A DNA stretch of 49,900 bases from Octopus bimaculoides (lineage: Eukaryota), in assembly GCF_001194135.2 (NCBI RefSeq), contig NC_068989.1, forward strand, positions 68,378,967 to 68,428,866. Direction: 5' to 3'. Positions 1 to 12,418 of the stretch are shown here, in pieces. The notes below the pieces were generated by a model, which searched no databases, was not told the DNA's origin, and saw only the letters and a program-made list of their open reading frames with translations. How positions within the stretch are numbered: the first letter of the stretch is position 1; the number at the start of each line of letters is the position of its first letter. The position numbers were made by a program, and so were the translations under genes.

Positions 1-170
1 TATATATATATATATATATATAACAAATAATAAATGAGTATATGCATATATACGTATAGGTATGTGCATACCTACGTCTACCTGTATATATAGGTGCATA
101 TCTGCAAACAAAACGTAGACAAGAAGATAATAATAACTAGAGTACAGAAAACACACAAACCACATAGAGA

Positions 171-250
171 ACATTTTCCTTCATCAGCTACCCCCATTTC
201 AACACCGGCGTTTCGAAGAGTTGGGCAGGACGCATCGTCAAAATGGCTCT
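171..250 (-). ncRNA. Hammerhead-ribozyme-like motif with strands in non-standard order (candidate)
   Basis: Minus strand reads GCGT-C-CTGCCC-AACT-CTTC-GAAACGC-(14 nt)-GGGTAG-CTGATGA-A-GGA. It has a GUC triplet, GAAA and CUGAUGA, stem III GCGU/ACGC, 6-bp stem I CUGCCC/GGGUAG and a short stem II. A related copy lies at 16086-16160. Confidence 0.45.
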
Positions 251-1219
251 TCCCATGGACCGCAAATTAAATTTGTATACACAAATTAAACCTATGCCAT
301 GGAGGAATGTCGTGGCGGACAAAAAACAAGACAGGAAAACAAACGGAAAAGGCTATGCGGCCAGACGTGAAAAATTATATATACATACAGACATACACAT
401 AAATGTAGTATACTTATATAAAAATAAAAACCGGCACCAAGTTAAAACCCAGCAGGCCAGATATTATTAAGTAGAACAACAATAGAAACAGATATGCTCT
501 GATGTAGTAATCAGCAGCCCTATGGACACCAGTGTGATTAGAAAAATTCAGTGGATAGATGAAATATGTATGTATATATATATATATATATATATNNNNN
601 NNNNNNNNNNNNNNNNNNNNNNNNNNNNNNNNNNNNNNNNNNNNNNNNNNNNNNNNNNNNNNNNNNNNNNNNNNNNNNNNNNNNNNNNNNNNNNNNNNNN
701 NNNNNNNNNNNNNNNNNNNNNNNNNNNNNNNNNNNNNNNNNNNNNNNNNNNNNNNNNNNNNNNNNNNNNNNNNNNNNNNNNNNNNNNNNNNNNNNNNNNN
801 NNNNNNNNNNNNNNNNNNNNNNNNNNNNNNNNNNNNNNNNNNNNNNNNNNNNNNNNNNNNNNNNNNNNNNNNNNNNNNNNNNNNNNNNNNNNNNNNNNNN
901 NNNNNNNNNNNNNNNNNNNNNNNNNNNNNNNNNNNNNNNNNNNNNNNNNNNNNNNNNNNNNNNNNNNNNNNNNNNNNNNNNNNNNNNNNNNNNNNNNNNN
1001 NNNNNNNNNNNNNNNNNNNNNNNNNNNNNNNNNNNNNNNNNNNNNNNNNNNNNNNNNNNNNNNNNNNNNNNNNNNACCCTTCATTATCCGGTCATTGCTT
1101 TTACCTTATAACGGAGGGGGAAAATACGGCATACGTAATCCCTATGAGCAAAAACAAAACATGTGAACCTCCAGAACGTGAAACCTTCAAGTAGTTAAAT
1201 TTATTTCAACTGACATCTG

Positions 1220-2170
1220 AATGTTCAAAGAAGACTTCAAAATTAATCAGAAGCTACTTCTCTTGAAAATGGAACTGTACATGCTGACATCGTTGCTACA
1301 TTAAGGGATGACGCTCCAGCTTTCTCAACTGTGCAAAATTGAGTAGCGGAATTTAGGAAGAGAACGAAGAGTTTTGAAGACGATTCAAATTCTGGATGTC
1401 CTGCAGTTGCCACCACCGAGGAAAAGATTGATCGTGTTCATCACATGCTCACCGATAACAGGCGGTTTTTTATAAATTAAATAGCCAATGCTATTAGCAT
1501 ATCCCGCGAGAGAGTTAAGAATATTTTCTTCAATGATTTTGGCGTAATGAAAGTTTCTTCTCGATGGGTGCCACGTCTTCTGATACTTGATCTAAAGCGC
1601 ACCAGACTGATCGCAGCACGAGAAAATCTGACATTGTTCGAAGCAGATCCAACTGGTTTCCTTGAACGTTTCCAAAATCAGGATAAGTGCTGATTTCAAC
1701 ATCTTGTTCCGGAGAAAAAGAGACAACCTATGTAGTGGAAACTCCACTCCCCAAATCTTCCAAATAAGGTCTTGGTCGTTTCCCCAACAGGGAAAATAAT
1801 GGCCTCAGTTTTTACGAAGTAAAAGGCATTCTGTTTATTGACTATCTTCAAAGGGACCACACCATCAATGGTGTACTATGCCGACTTGCTGAGGTAGTTA
1901 CGAAAAGCTATCAACGCCGAACTCCCAGGAAAACTGTCGAAAGGGGATCTTATTTCATCAGAATAAAGCTCCAGCACACAAGTCCTTGGTTTCAATGGCT
2001 ACTGTGAGTGACTGTGGTTTTGAATTAGTTGCTCACTCTCTCTATACTCCTAATTCGGTCCCATTTAACTATCATCCGTTCCTCAACGCGAAAAAACACT
2101 GGGAAGCAGTATTGCATTGATGATGACGTCATATTTGTTATTGACTTTTTAATGAACAGAATGGAAACTT
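1220..2170 (+). mobile_element. Decayed mariner (DD34D-type) transposase pseudogene
   Basis: Translated pieces ATLRDDAPAFSTVQN*VAEF, KVSSRWVPRLL, GKIMASVF, KGILFIDYLQ, FHQNKAPAH and HSLYTPNSVPFNYHPF match mariner motifs WVPxxL, HQDNAPxH and YSPDLAPxD. Multiple stops and frameshifts. Left end abuts the N gap. Confidence 0.9.
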
Positions 2171-2197
2171 CTTTACTAATGAGATTTAATTACTACA

Positions 2198-2385
2198 TAT
2201 GTGCGTGTGTCTGTGTGTGTCTGTGTGTGTCTGTGTGTGCGTGTGTGTGTGCGCGCGCGTTTGTGTGTGCGCTGGTGTGTGTGTGTATGTGTGTGTATGT
2301 CTGTGTCTGTGACTGTATGCATGTGTGTGCCTGTGTGTGCCTCTGTGTGTTTGTATGTGTTTGTGTGTGGATGTGTGTGTGCATA
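2198..2385. repeat. Degenerate (TG)n microsatellite
   Basis: Interrupted TG/CG dinucleotide run. Confidence 0.95.
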
Positions 2386-2497
2386 TTGGCCACTCAGCAG
2401 AGCTTTGAATGACATTATATAGAATGCAATTTGTTTCAGTTCTCCTTCCTCTCAGTTCAAACCCCGCCCATAGCAACTTTGCTTTCTATTCTTCCAG

Positions 2498-2586
2498 GTT
2501 TAATAAATATATTACCAGTGCTGGGATCGGGGATTTTGCTCTCTTTCAACTTGGAAGAAATCAGTCACGGGAAAATGCTTGTATAT
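2498..2586 (+). CDS. Candidate internal exon (89 nt), product unknown
   Basis: Acceptor tttctattcttccag and donor gtaagc. Two frames are open: GLINILPVLGSGILLSFNLEEISHGKMLVY or RFNKYITSAGIGDFALFQLGRNQSRENACI. No homology recognised. Confidence 0.3.
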
Positions 2587-3017
2587 GTAAGCATGCACAA
2601 GAAATGGCGTGTATCTCGACTACATCATTACTTCTCTATCAAAGTTTACGGGGCCCATGGAAAGATGAAAGAAGGCAAAATATGTATATGGGAGCCGTGA
2701 GTGATCGTTTTTTTTTTTTTATTAGGACTTTTGCTTTTTACTGACGAAGTATCGGTCTACTTTTCACATTATAACGCTCTCACGAGAAATCCAATTGTAC
2801 GCATGCATCAAGCCAAACTGATTTGTTCTTGAAATGACGTGGTTTCGAATCGCTTAGAAAGAGCTTTCTTTTCACTTTAGTTTTCTTATGTTTGTAATTT
2901 TTCCTGCTGTTTGTATAAAATTTATTCGATAAATCAAAGTAATAGCACTTATTTATTTGCAACATATTTCTTGTGAGAAAATATTTAAATATGTACGTTC
3001 ACACGTTCACACACACA

Positions 3018-3050
<33 letters not shown>

Positions 3051-3675
3051 TTACACACACACATACACACACACTCATCAACACATACGCATGCATACGC
3101 TTCTATATCGACATGCATATTCTTATACATGCATATGCAGGCATAAGCATACACAAATACATAAATAGTTAAAACGGATCATGCATATTTACGAAATAGT
3201 TGAGTACATGAAAGCATATGGTAAGTTTATGAAGTGTTAATATGCTTAGATCATATTAACAAGTTGTAATATGCTTAGGGACTTTCTGTAAATGTAATAT
3301 TGTTGTAACAAGTCTCTGTGCCTTCCTTTGCCTGAGAAAATAACAGTTTCATTTATAATTAGACTTTACTCCTGCGACATGTTTCACAAGCTTATTGCCT
3401 CGAAGAAATGCTAAGTTATAATATATTGTAATATGTTGTAATAGGCTATAAAAGTGAAATATTCTTCATTATAATTCTATGTGACATACGAATTGATTTT
3501 ATAATGTTAATAATTTCTCATATCTATGTCACTGGAAACCATATAGCGTCCCCGTAACTACCACCAGCAAAATAAAAGACCAAACATGTTGAATGATGTT
3601 GCGGCATTAGGGCTCTCCGAAAATACTGATTGTATACGAGCATACATTCGTACATACATGCACAGACAGACAGAC

Positions 3676-3676
<1 letters not shown>

Positions 3677-3718
<42 letters not shown>
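3677..3718. repeat. (GATA)n microsatellite
   Basis: Perfect tetranucleotide run. Confidence 0.97.
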
Positions 3719-3720
<2 letters not shown>

Positions 3721-3899
3721 TATGATGATGTTTCGTCGGTTTCGACGTATGAACAACCAGTTTTCTTTTCAACTGAGCCACTTGCTCATTGAATACGTGT
3801 ACGAAAGGGTTGAGTATTCTATCGCTATATACGCATTCACTTATGGTTGAGTCAGTGGTAGAATCAGCTTAACACAGGGTGAGAAGTTGGACATACTCA

Positions 3900-3982
<83 letters not shown>
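3900..3982. repeat. (CA)n microsatellite
   Basis: Near-perfect run. Confidence 0.97.
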
Positions 3983-3985
<3 letters not shown>

Positions 3986-4117
3986 AAACTCACGCACAGT
4001 ACACATAGAGGGAAAGGGGAAGGAGAGAGAGTGATGTGAGTTAAGCTTACGTGTATGTTTTCAGTAAATACGCATTTTAACATCGCCGTTAAAAATAATG
4101 TGATTAAAACAACTGAT

Positions 4118-4175
4118 CTCTCTCTCTCTCTTTCCCCTTTTCTCTCTCTCTCTCTCTTTCCCCTTTTCTCTCTCT

Positions 4176-4230
<55 letters not shown>

Positions 4231-4233
4231 TCT
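4118..4233. repeat. (CT)n microsatellite
   Basis: Interrupted CT run. Confidence 0.95.
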
Positions 4234-4475
4234 GATGAGAAACATTGAGTAGTTTCTGTCTTTGTACTCTTTCGTCAGAGATTGGTTATTCTTTTCCCTG
4301 AATAGGCAGAGATAAAAGCTTATCGCTATTTATAGTAAACACAAACTCGAACTGGACTGAAATATCACTAATTTCCCAAACATAGTATTCGTTAACATCG
4401 TAAATAATTGAATAACTGTGGTGTCATACGGGGCTACGATAAAAAGCGACGCAATGTAAGAGAGATGCAATATGA

Positions 4476-4622
4476 AGGTGCGTAGTCTAACGGTTAAGTT
4501 TTTCGCTTAACGATCATAACTTCATTGAGTCAATGCTTGAACCAAGCGGCGTTTCTGCCTTTGATCAAGTCACTTCATTTCTGATTGCTTCAGTTGTATT
4601 CAGCTGTGTAAATGTACCTGCA
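4476..4622 (+). mobile_element. Degenerate tRNA-derived SINE (related to the 27911-28237 copy)
   Basis: A-box-like gcgtagtctaacggttaag. Body ttgatcaagtcacttcatttctgattgcttcag aligns to ttgagcaggacaccttgtttcacgttgctccag at about 27985. Confidence 0.5.
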
Positions 4623-5140
4623 AAGAAGTGCAGCAGCTCTAATTCCTTTAATCCATCTGCTACTTGAGAGAGACGACAGCTACCTCAAGAGAGCGTGACC
4701 TAAGAGTGTATGTATGTCTGGCTGCGATTACATCGTCACCTAAAACAATTACCAAACTATACTCGCTCACGAATGGCAGCTGGCTGTACAAGGCAAACAA
4801 CAAGAATCTGTGCGTTATAAACACACATTTTTGTATGAATGCGATAAGTAAATCCTACAGTTTTGTTTTCCCTTTTTTATTTATTAAGTTGCAAAAACAC
4901 CGATATCACTAGATTCAGTGATAGTACTTCATCAAAGATAAGGCTCTTGCTCGTAAACGTCACCTTACACTTCTATGTATCATAACCATGCTAAATAAAA
5001 CTCAACAGATCAATTCCTTTTATGGTCACAAATAAAAAAAATTGTCATTTATACCATATTTTAATTATGTTATTTAAATCATATTTTAATATGTATTATT
5101 ATTTTCTAATAATTACATGCTTGAAAATTTACCACCTCTA

Positions 5141-5513
5141 TTTTACAGTCATTTGACTGTGGCCATGCTGGAGCACCGCCTTTAGCCGAGCAAATCGATC
5201 CCAGGACTTATTCTTTGTAAGCCTAGTACTTATTCTATCGGTCTCTTTTGCCGAACCGCAAAATTACGGGGACGCAAACACACCAGCATCAGTTGTCAAG
5301 CGATGTTGAGGGGGACAAACAGACACACAAACATATACACACACATACATATATACATACATACATATATACGACGGACTTCTTTCAGTTTCCGTCTACC
5401 AAATCCACTCACAAGGCTTTGGTCTGCCCGAGGCTATACTAGAAGACACTTGCCCAAGGTACCATGCATTGGGACTGAACCCGGAACCATGTGGTTCGTA
5501 AGCAAGTTACTTA
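5141..5513 (-). mobile_element. tRNA-derived CORE-like SINE with internal microsatellite
   Basis: Minus strand has B-box-like gggttcagtccc, CORE/MIR-like accttgggcaagtg and an internal TA/TG repeat. Homologous copies at 8356-8718, 39895-40035, 45105-45280 and 46640-46820. Confidence 0.8.
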
Positions 5514-6519
5514 TATGAATCATTAGAAAGCATTTAATCCTTTACATTTGTATATACTATAAATAGCTATAAATAGCAATATATTTTTATACTATAAAAA
5601 AAAGCCTGTAAACTATAACCTGTATATTACAAATGGCTGTACGGTATGAACTTTGTGTTTGTGCATAATATAAATAGCTATAATTCTCTACAAAATTTCA
5701 CTCAAAATGTATTGATATCTTCTGTTAGGAGGAGACACTCGATCACTGTGCCATTTAGTGGATTCGAATCTGTATCCAGGTAGTTGTGAGGCGAAATTTT
5801 CAGCCAGATAATTAAGCCTACATCTATACTTGTTAATTTGTTCATTCATGTATTTATATTAGTAAAATAAAATTAGCACTGTCTATAGAGTGAGGTCTAG
5901 AGTGTATGAATTGCATTTTTGCATAAATATGTAGATGCCAATATGGCAATAAGATTTTCTAAAAGAATTTCTCTCTGAAACTTCAGCCTTCTCTAATATA
6001 GTTTTACTATGTATTAATGTCTGGGAAACTTTTGCTTTCTCATATTTACTTATTTTATTTATATGACGTGAATTACTATCTTGATAATGCTATATAGTGA
6101 ACATTGCATAATAGTTTATAGTAGAAAGTAGAATAAACATTTTAGATTTAATTTGGTTTTAATTGGTTTAAAGTTTTCCCCTGAGTGGTAAGCTGCGCAG
6201 TTAAGATAACCGACTTTTTAATTAAACAATAAAATACATGAATAAAGTAGATGAATAAAGTAGATGAATAAATAATTTGATACATCAATTAATTAGGAAT
6301 TAAGAAAATAAATGCAGCCTTGATCTTTTTCTTAAATTCAAGTACTAATTTCACTTTGCAAACTTTCATTAAATGTGCTGCTGCTTTTATTTAACCCTAG
6401 GTCAACCTTGAACAAGCAAACGTATGATTAAAGCATTTCAACCATGAACCTCTTGCCTTTTTACCGTAAACATTATACACAGAGCTACATTGTTCAATAT
6501 TCCCTCTTAATCCCCCTAG

Positions 6520-6721
6520 TAGGGGATGCTGATCAGTTCCTGGCTTTAAGGATATCACGAAAGGTCAGGTTGGGGGCCAAAACAGGGCTTAGAAAACCTG
6601 AAGGACCGCTGTAATAAGTATGTGGATCTGACAGGGGGATATGTTGAATAAAATTATAATTAACTGATCTTCCTGTATTTTCTTTTACCCAAAGATACGA
6701 AGCTTTCAGTACCACTTCGTA
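6520..6721. mobile_element. Mariner-type MITE (copy of 22432-22648, opposite orientation, internal deletion)
   Basis: Degenerate TIRs (gggatgctgatcagttcctggcttt ... tttcagtaccacttcg) with TA at both ends. Interior matches the 22432 copy. Confidence 0.75.
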
Positions 6722-7344
6722 AGTATGGTTTCAAAGGCATATGTCTTCTATTTCCTGCAGGTCAAATTACTGTGAATCTTTATTCGGCTTATGATAAAAA
6801 AAAAAGCAAAAAAAGAATTATTGCTACTCTCGATTATCTCTAAAATCAGTTCTGCCTGCATAAAGTTCTGATCAAAGGCATTTCGGCCGTAGCCATTCCA
6901 CCGTCATTTACCATACTAAGTGTACCCTGGTGTAAATTATCCAAAGTGATTTTATTAAATGATATACTGCAGATAAAGCGATATTTGCTTAATATTTTTA
7001 GTGAGTTGAGCTATAGTGTAGATGCAATCTCGTTGCCAAGGTACATATACATATATTCCAGGGTTAAGTGAAATGATTTTGTATAACATGAATAAATTAA
7101 GAAATGGAGGCAAACGCAGATGTTATTCAAATATGTTTTGAAAAAAAAGCATTGAGATTATTCCGGAGGGAATAAAAATGATGTAAAACAATGCAATCAT
7201 CCCCTCGGGGGGAAAGAGAAACAAAACAAATCAAATAAGTCACTTTAGCCAGATGTGATTACCGCGTACGTAAGTATGTGATGTAAAGAGAACACTAGCA
7301 AGTTATTTTTAAAAACAGTTAATAGATTTAACATCAAAGATAAT

Positions 7345-8260
7345 TTAGAGAAAGAGAAGTAGGAGAAAGAAAGAAATTAACAGAAAATTAAGAGTGGAAA
7401 ATATAGTGATAGATGAATGGGAATAAAGTTTAAAAGCGTGGAAATAGATATATGTAGTGGAAATGAAATGTAAGAAAACAGTTAAAGGTCGAATTTTATA
7501 GATTGGTAGAAATAATTCATAGGAACTAGGAGTATGTGTTTGCCATTGTCTGCAACGATAAACGCGTTCTTTAAACGTGTTTAGAAGCGTATTTACCGAG
7601 AAAAGGATGAGAAATTGCTCTTCGTTATAGAGCGGACAAAAAGATTTACCTCTGTCATATAGGAAGGATTTAGATAGAATTTTCCATTCCAAACCGAATT
7701 GTTTATTATGTTCCGTAAGAGACCAAATTAATTTACTAAGCCCAGTATTGTTGCGTTTGTTGATATGTCTAAATGTAGAACAACGGTTATATGGTCATTT
7801 GGACAACTGAGACGATGAGCTACTTATCTTAAAAAAAGACATCAGAGCTGGAAGTAATTTTACATTCATAAACAGAGTTTCTAGTCTTGGAATTACTGCT
7901 AAGGAACGAATGCGATTCGAATTTATATCGGAAATATTAATATTGTTGTTATTATTGTTCAAAGAATGATTATAGTTAATAATATCACTGTTATTATTTT
8001 CATTAAGTAGATTTGTATTTAACAACTTATGGTTATGCGAAGAAATGTAATGTGAAAGATTTTTGGTGTGTGAAAAACCTATCCTAATTTGATGTGAATT
8101 GATAATGGAATGGTATCTGGATTTCTTTGTAAAATCTATCTATAGCTTCACGAAACTGATAAAAAATAATCTTCGAGTTTCTTTTATTAATTCATTTTTT
8201 TTTTACCATTCGGTTTTTTGTTTCTGTACAACAAATTACATACATTTACGGTTTGCACTA
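7345..8260 (-). mobile_element. Penelope-like element 3' remnant (RT thumb, Asn-rich linker, GIY-YIG endonuclease, 3' UTR)
   Basis: Minus translation with frameshifts: FVKL*IDFTKKSRYHSIINSHQIRIGFSHTKNLSHYISSHNHKLLN, Asn-rich tract, NSVYECKITSSSDVFF..ISSSS (GIY-YIG), STFRHINKRNNTGLSKLIWSL..EWKI..CPLYNEE..LLN..VYRCRQ. Matches the typical PLE C-terminal motif order. Confidence 0.8.
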
Positions 8261-8355
8261 AAAGAGGGTTAACGTAGCTTCCTCAGTTAGTATCTAAATC
8301 TAATAGCTTTTAGTCATATACAATGTATTCAGTTATGTAGAATTTTCAGAAAAGA

Positions 8356-8718
8356 GGCGCAGGTATGGCTGTATGATTAAGAACATGCTTGGCAACTATT
8401 TAATTTTGGGTTCAATCCCTTTGTGCGACATTGGTCATCCTCGAATGACCAATGCTTTGTGAGTGAATTTAGAAGACAAAAACTGTGTGGAAGCTTGTTG
8501 TATGTTTTGTGTATGCATGTGCCTTTGCTTTTGTATCTTCACTGCTTCATGACCTGTATTAATGTGTTTACACCCCCCATAACTTACCGGTTTGTCAAAA
8601 GCGGCCAGTAAAATAAATACGAGGTGGAAAGCGTACGTATTAGGGTCAATTTGCTCGACTAAACCCTTTAAAGCAGTGCTGCAGCACGGACGCAGTCCAA
8701 TGATTAACACAAGTAGAT
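8356..8718 (+). mobile_element. CORE-like tRNA SINE, diverged full-length copy
   Basis: Head ggcgcaggtatggctgtatgattaag and gggttcaatccc. Body and tail align to the 5141-5513 element. Confidence 0.7.
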
Positions 8719-8783
8719 ATATTCTAAGGTTACATATGAATTAATTTTGAACACACACACGCACGAAATACACAAGCATACTA

Positions 8784-8816
<33 letters not shown>

Positions 8817-9314
8817 CATGTNNNNNNNNNNNNNNNNNNNNNNNNNNNNNNNNNNNNNNNNNNNNNNNNNNNNNNNNNNNNNNNNNNNNNNNNNNNNNNN
8901 NNNNNNNNNNNNNNNNNNNNNNNNNNNNNNNNNNNNNNNNNNNNNNNNNNNNNNNNNNNNNNNNNNNNNNNNNNNNNNNNNNNNNNNNNNNNNNNNNNNN
9001 NNNNNNNNNNNNNNNNNNNNNNNNNNNNNNNNNNNNNNNNNNNNNNNNNNNNNNNNNNNNNNNNNNNNNNNNNNNNNNNNNNNNNNNNNNNNNNNNNNNN
9101 NNNNNNNNNNNNNNNNNNNNNNNNNNNNNNNNNNNNNNNNNNNNNNNNNNNNNNNNNNNNNNNNNNNNNNNNNNNNNNNNNNNNNNNNNNNNNNNNNNNN
9201 NNNNNNNNNNNNNNNNNNNNNNNNNNNNNNNNNNNNNNNNNNNNNNNNNNNNNNNNNNNNNNNNNNNNNNNNNNNNNNNNNNNNNNNNNNNNNNNNNNNN
9301 NNNNNNNNNNNNNN

Positions 9315-9392
<78 letters not shown>

Positions 9393-9530
9393 CATGTATG
9401 TATGTATATGTATATATATGAGCTGCATATTTGCTTAGTACCTTCATTTCATACCAGTTTCACTACACTATGATGCTTGTCAAGTTTTCAAGATGCTTGT
9501 CCTTCTAATTTCGTCTTATATTTGTCTTAC

Positions 9531-9634
9531 ATCTGTCTACGCATTGCAACTTTACTTAGTAGGTCCTTAAACGCCACTTGAGTATGGTGAAAAGCAGCAT
9601 CAATCATTACAAAATCACAAGGACCTTTAATTTT
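9531..9634 (-). CDS. Candidate exon, unknown product
   Basis: AG acceptor and gtaaga donor. Reads KIKGPCDFVMIDAAFHHTQVAFKDLLSKVAMRRQ. Unsupported by recognised homology. Confidence 0.2.
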
Positions 9635-10643
9635 CTACAATTTCATTTGGAGAAGGGAAACCAGTTGCAAAATGCTCGTGGATGATAATTAGAACGAATT
9701 ATGTGCTTTGCAAGGGAATCTCTATTTAGAGGAAAGTGTTCTCCGTTGTCTCTACTAAAAGTATGTCATTGATCAATATGCGTTTGTTTATCGGAAAGAA
9801 CTCCATTTGTAGCTTTTATGTTTTGTATCATTTGGAGCTGATTTTTTTCTCATTTCTCTTTCTTTTCGTTTTTTTTTTTTTTTTTTTTTTTTGCTTTTCA
9901 TTTTGCTGATAACAGCTACAGTGATAGCTGACTCTGGCACTTGTTGCATGTGCAGTAATCCATGATTCTACTTAGAGAAAATCGATTCCCATCAGTGTGG
10001 CCGCAGTGACATTTTTGCTCTTTTGTAATCGAATTTAAGTCACGTGGTTGCATAGTCGACAGGTCGTCTCCAGCTGCCATTAAAAAACGAAATGAATTTG
10101 ATTTTAACTGAAGCAACGTTATGCATTACGCAAAAATGTAACTAAAATAGTACAGCTTCTGTTGATAAGAAATATTCATTGTTTCTAGTTTCATAAAAGT
10201 ACACGCAGTACATATATGTGTGTGCGTGTGTGTGAGTGTACGTGTGTGCCTGTGCGCGTGTGTGTCTATTTTACGACGTACACATTAAATTTGAATTTAC
10301 ATCGGCTTATGCGAGATTAAAAAGCAACAAACACAGCAAACTACTTGACGTAGGAACAATGAGGAAACTTCTACGGGTTGATTCACCTACTAGAAAAAAA
10401 AACAAGTGAAACCACCATAAAATGATGCACGATGTGTACACAATATTATAGTACACGATACACTACACCACCTGTACTAACTTTAGCTGAATGAGACCTG
10501 ACAGCTGAAAATAAAGGAAATGCTGCTATTGAGAAGAAGCGATTCATTAAAAGATAGAACTACTCCTGCCTTTTTTCATAAGTACGTAATACAAGAGAGA
10601 AATTAACTGGCATCGATAAGACACTTTAACCAGCAGAACTATA

Positions 10644-11469
10644 CAGGGTGCGGTTAATAAACTGTCGTCTACATTGCGCAAAAATGAAAATAACATTGGT
10701 ATGTCAGTTTAACAGATATATTTAGCAAAGTTTCATAAACATATCTTGAAATACTAAAGAGTAAATTTATTCAATAAAATCGCCATTGGCTTCAACCACG
10801 GCCTCCAAACGACTTCGAAATTTCCTGCAACTTTTCCGAGCGGTCTTCTTGTTTAAGTTGGTGAATGCTACCATAATCCTTCCCTTCAGTTTATCTTTGG
10901 TGTTATCTTGGGAGTTTTTTTTTTTTAACTTTCATTCAACTGCGCCCCACACATAATAATCAAGTGGGTGGTGTAGTCTGGGAGTTAGGTGGCTAGATGT
11001 TAGGGGTGATATGGTTGAAGAAATTGTCTGGCAGCCATGATTGGGTTCTCCTGGATTCCGGCAGGCACCCTCTTGACCCGGGCACTTGATGTAGGCCTCC
11101 GTGTTGAGTGTGAGGCCGTGTGGGGAGCTGAATGGAGGCATAACGTCGCCAACACTAGTGATCACTCCAAACACCATGATGTTGACTGGATGTTTGACTT
11201 TTATAACTCACGGTACATGTCCTCAGATTGCACTATCCTCAGATTGACACCCAAACACTGAAATGTTCGTATTGTAGCTTCCGGCGCGAATACCAAGCAG
11301 CACAGCAAGTCGTTTCCACATTTCTGGTAGAGTGAATTGCGTCATGGTAGTGTTTCTCACAAACGGTGCCCAACTGACCCTACTATACTGTGTAGTCGAC
11401 AAAATAAAGAACAAACAATGCACGAAATAAAAAAATATAAAATGGCGGCAATTTACTCATCACTCCCTG
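10644..11469 (-). mobile_element. Internally deleted maT/DD37D-like Tc1/mariner element
   Basis: TA at both ends and degenerate TIRs cagggtgcggttaataaactgtcgtc / cagggagtgatgagtaaattgccgcc. N-terminus MTQFTLPEMWKRLAVLLGIRAG is joined to KHPVNIMVFGVITSVGDVMPPF..SRRTQSWL..I*PPNS..LDYYVWGAVE..RSRLEAVVEANGDFIE. The second catalytic D region is deleted, so the class is inferred from motifs only. Confidence 0.85.
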
Positions 11470-12189
11470 TATATACACCAATCCTGAATCTTAACTGTTT
11501 TCGCAAAGTAAGAAGGAACGAAAAAATGGAAACCAAATACTCAATGACAAGCGAGACAATAAAAGCAAACCGGAACATATTTTATGTTCGATCGGGTAAG
11601 ATTTGGGTTACTAAAACAATAAAATCCGACCAGATGTTTCTCAACCACCACCTCTTTTAATATAGACTGATCGCCGGTGTCTGTATGTATGTATGCGTGC
11701 GTTGCGTGTATTTGAAGGTGCGTATGCGTTTTTAATGTCCTCCCTAATAGCTAGTTCTTATTCCACTGATATATGTGAAATATACGTTAAACATTATATA
11801 TTATACATTAACCATTGAGAATTAGTCATAAACGAAAATGGAAATTTACAATTTAATCGTATAACGTTGAATCAGGATTATATATATATACATATTTTAT
11901 TAAATGAATACCACCGATGTGAATCTGTAGATATATGATCATCTGTTTGTACAAACGAGTTAAATTATCTACATAATAACGTACAATAGCAATGACAACA
12001 TTGAGATAAGTACTACTGCTCCAACATCTCGGTAAAAATATAATACTTGAAATTTAAGGACTATTGTTTCCAGCTGACATATGTATAGTTATGTACATTC
12101 ATTTAAACATATATTCAGGGATACACACACACACACACACACTAATAGAAATACGTAAGCACTCACGTGCACACACACGTACATACTTA

Positions 12190-12277
12190 TATAATGAGTG
12201 TGTCAATTTGAATACAGATATACATACATAAATGTTTGTGCGTATATGTAAGTACATATACATCCATATAATTATGA

Positions 12278-12341
<64 letters not shown>

Positions 12342-12365
12342 NNNNNNNNNNNNNNNNNNNNNNNN

Positions 12366-12418
<53 letters not shown>

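Noticed and set aside
190-250. Alternative ordinary type I hammerhead reading using TTGACGA at about 241-235 (minus) with stem I CCATTT/AAATGG
   Set aside because: It requires missing core bases, stem II (TGCG vs CTTC) does not pair, and the cleavage triplet is out of register. The permuted reading fits all core positions.
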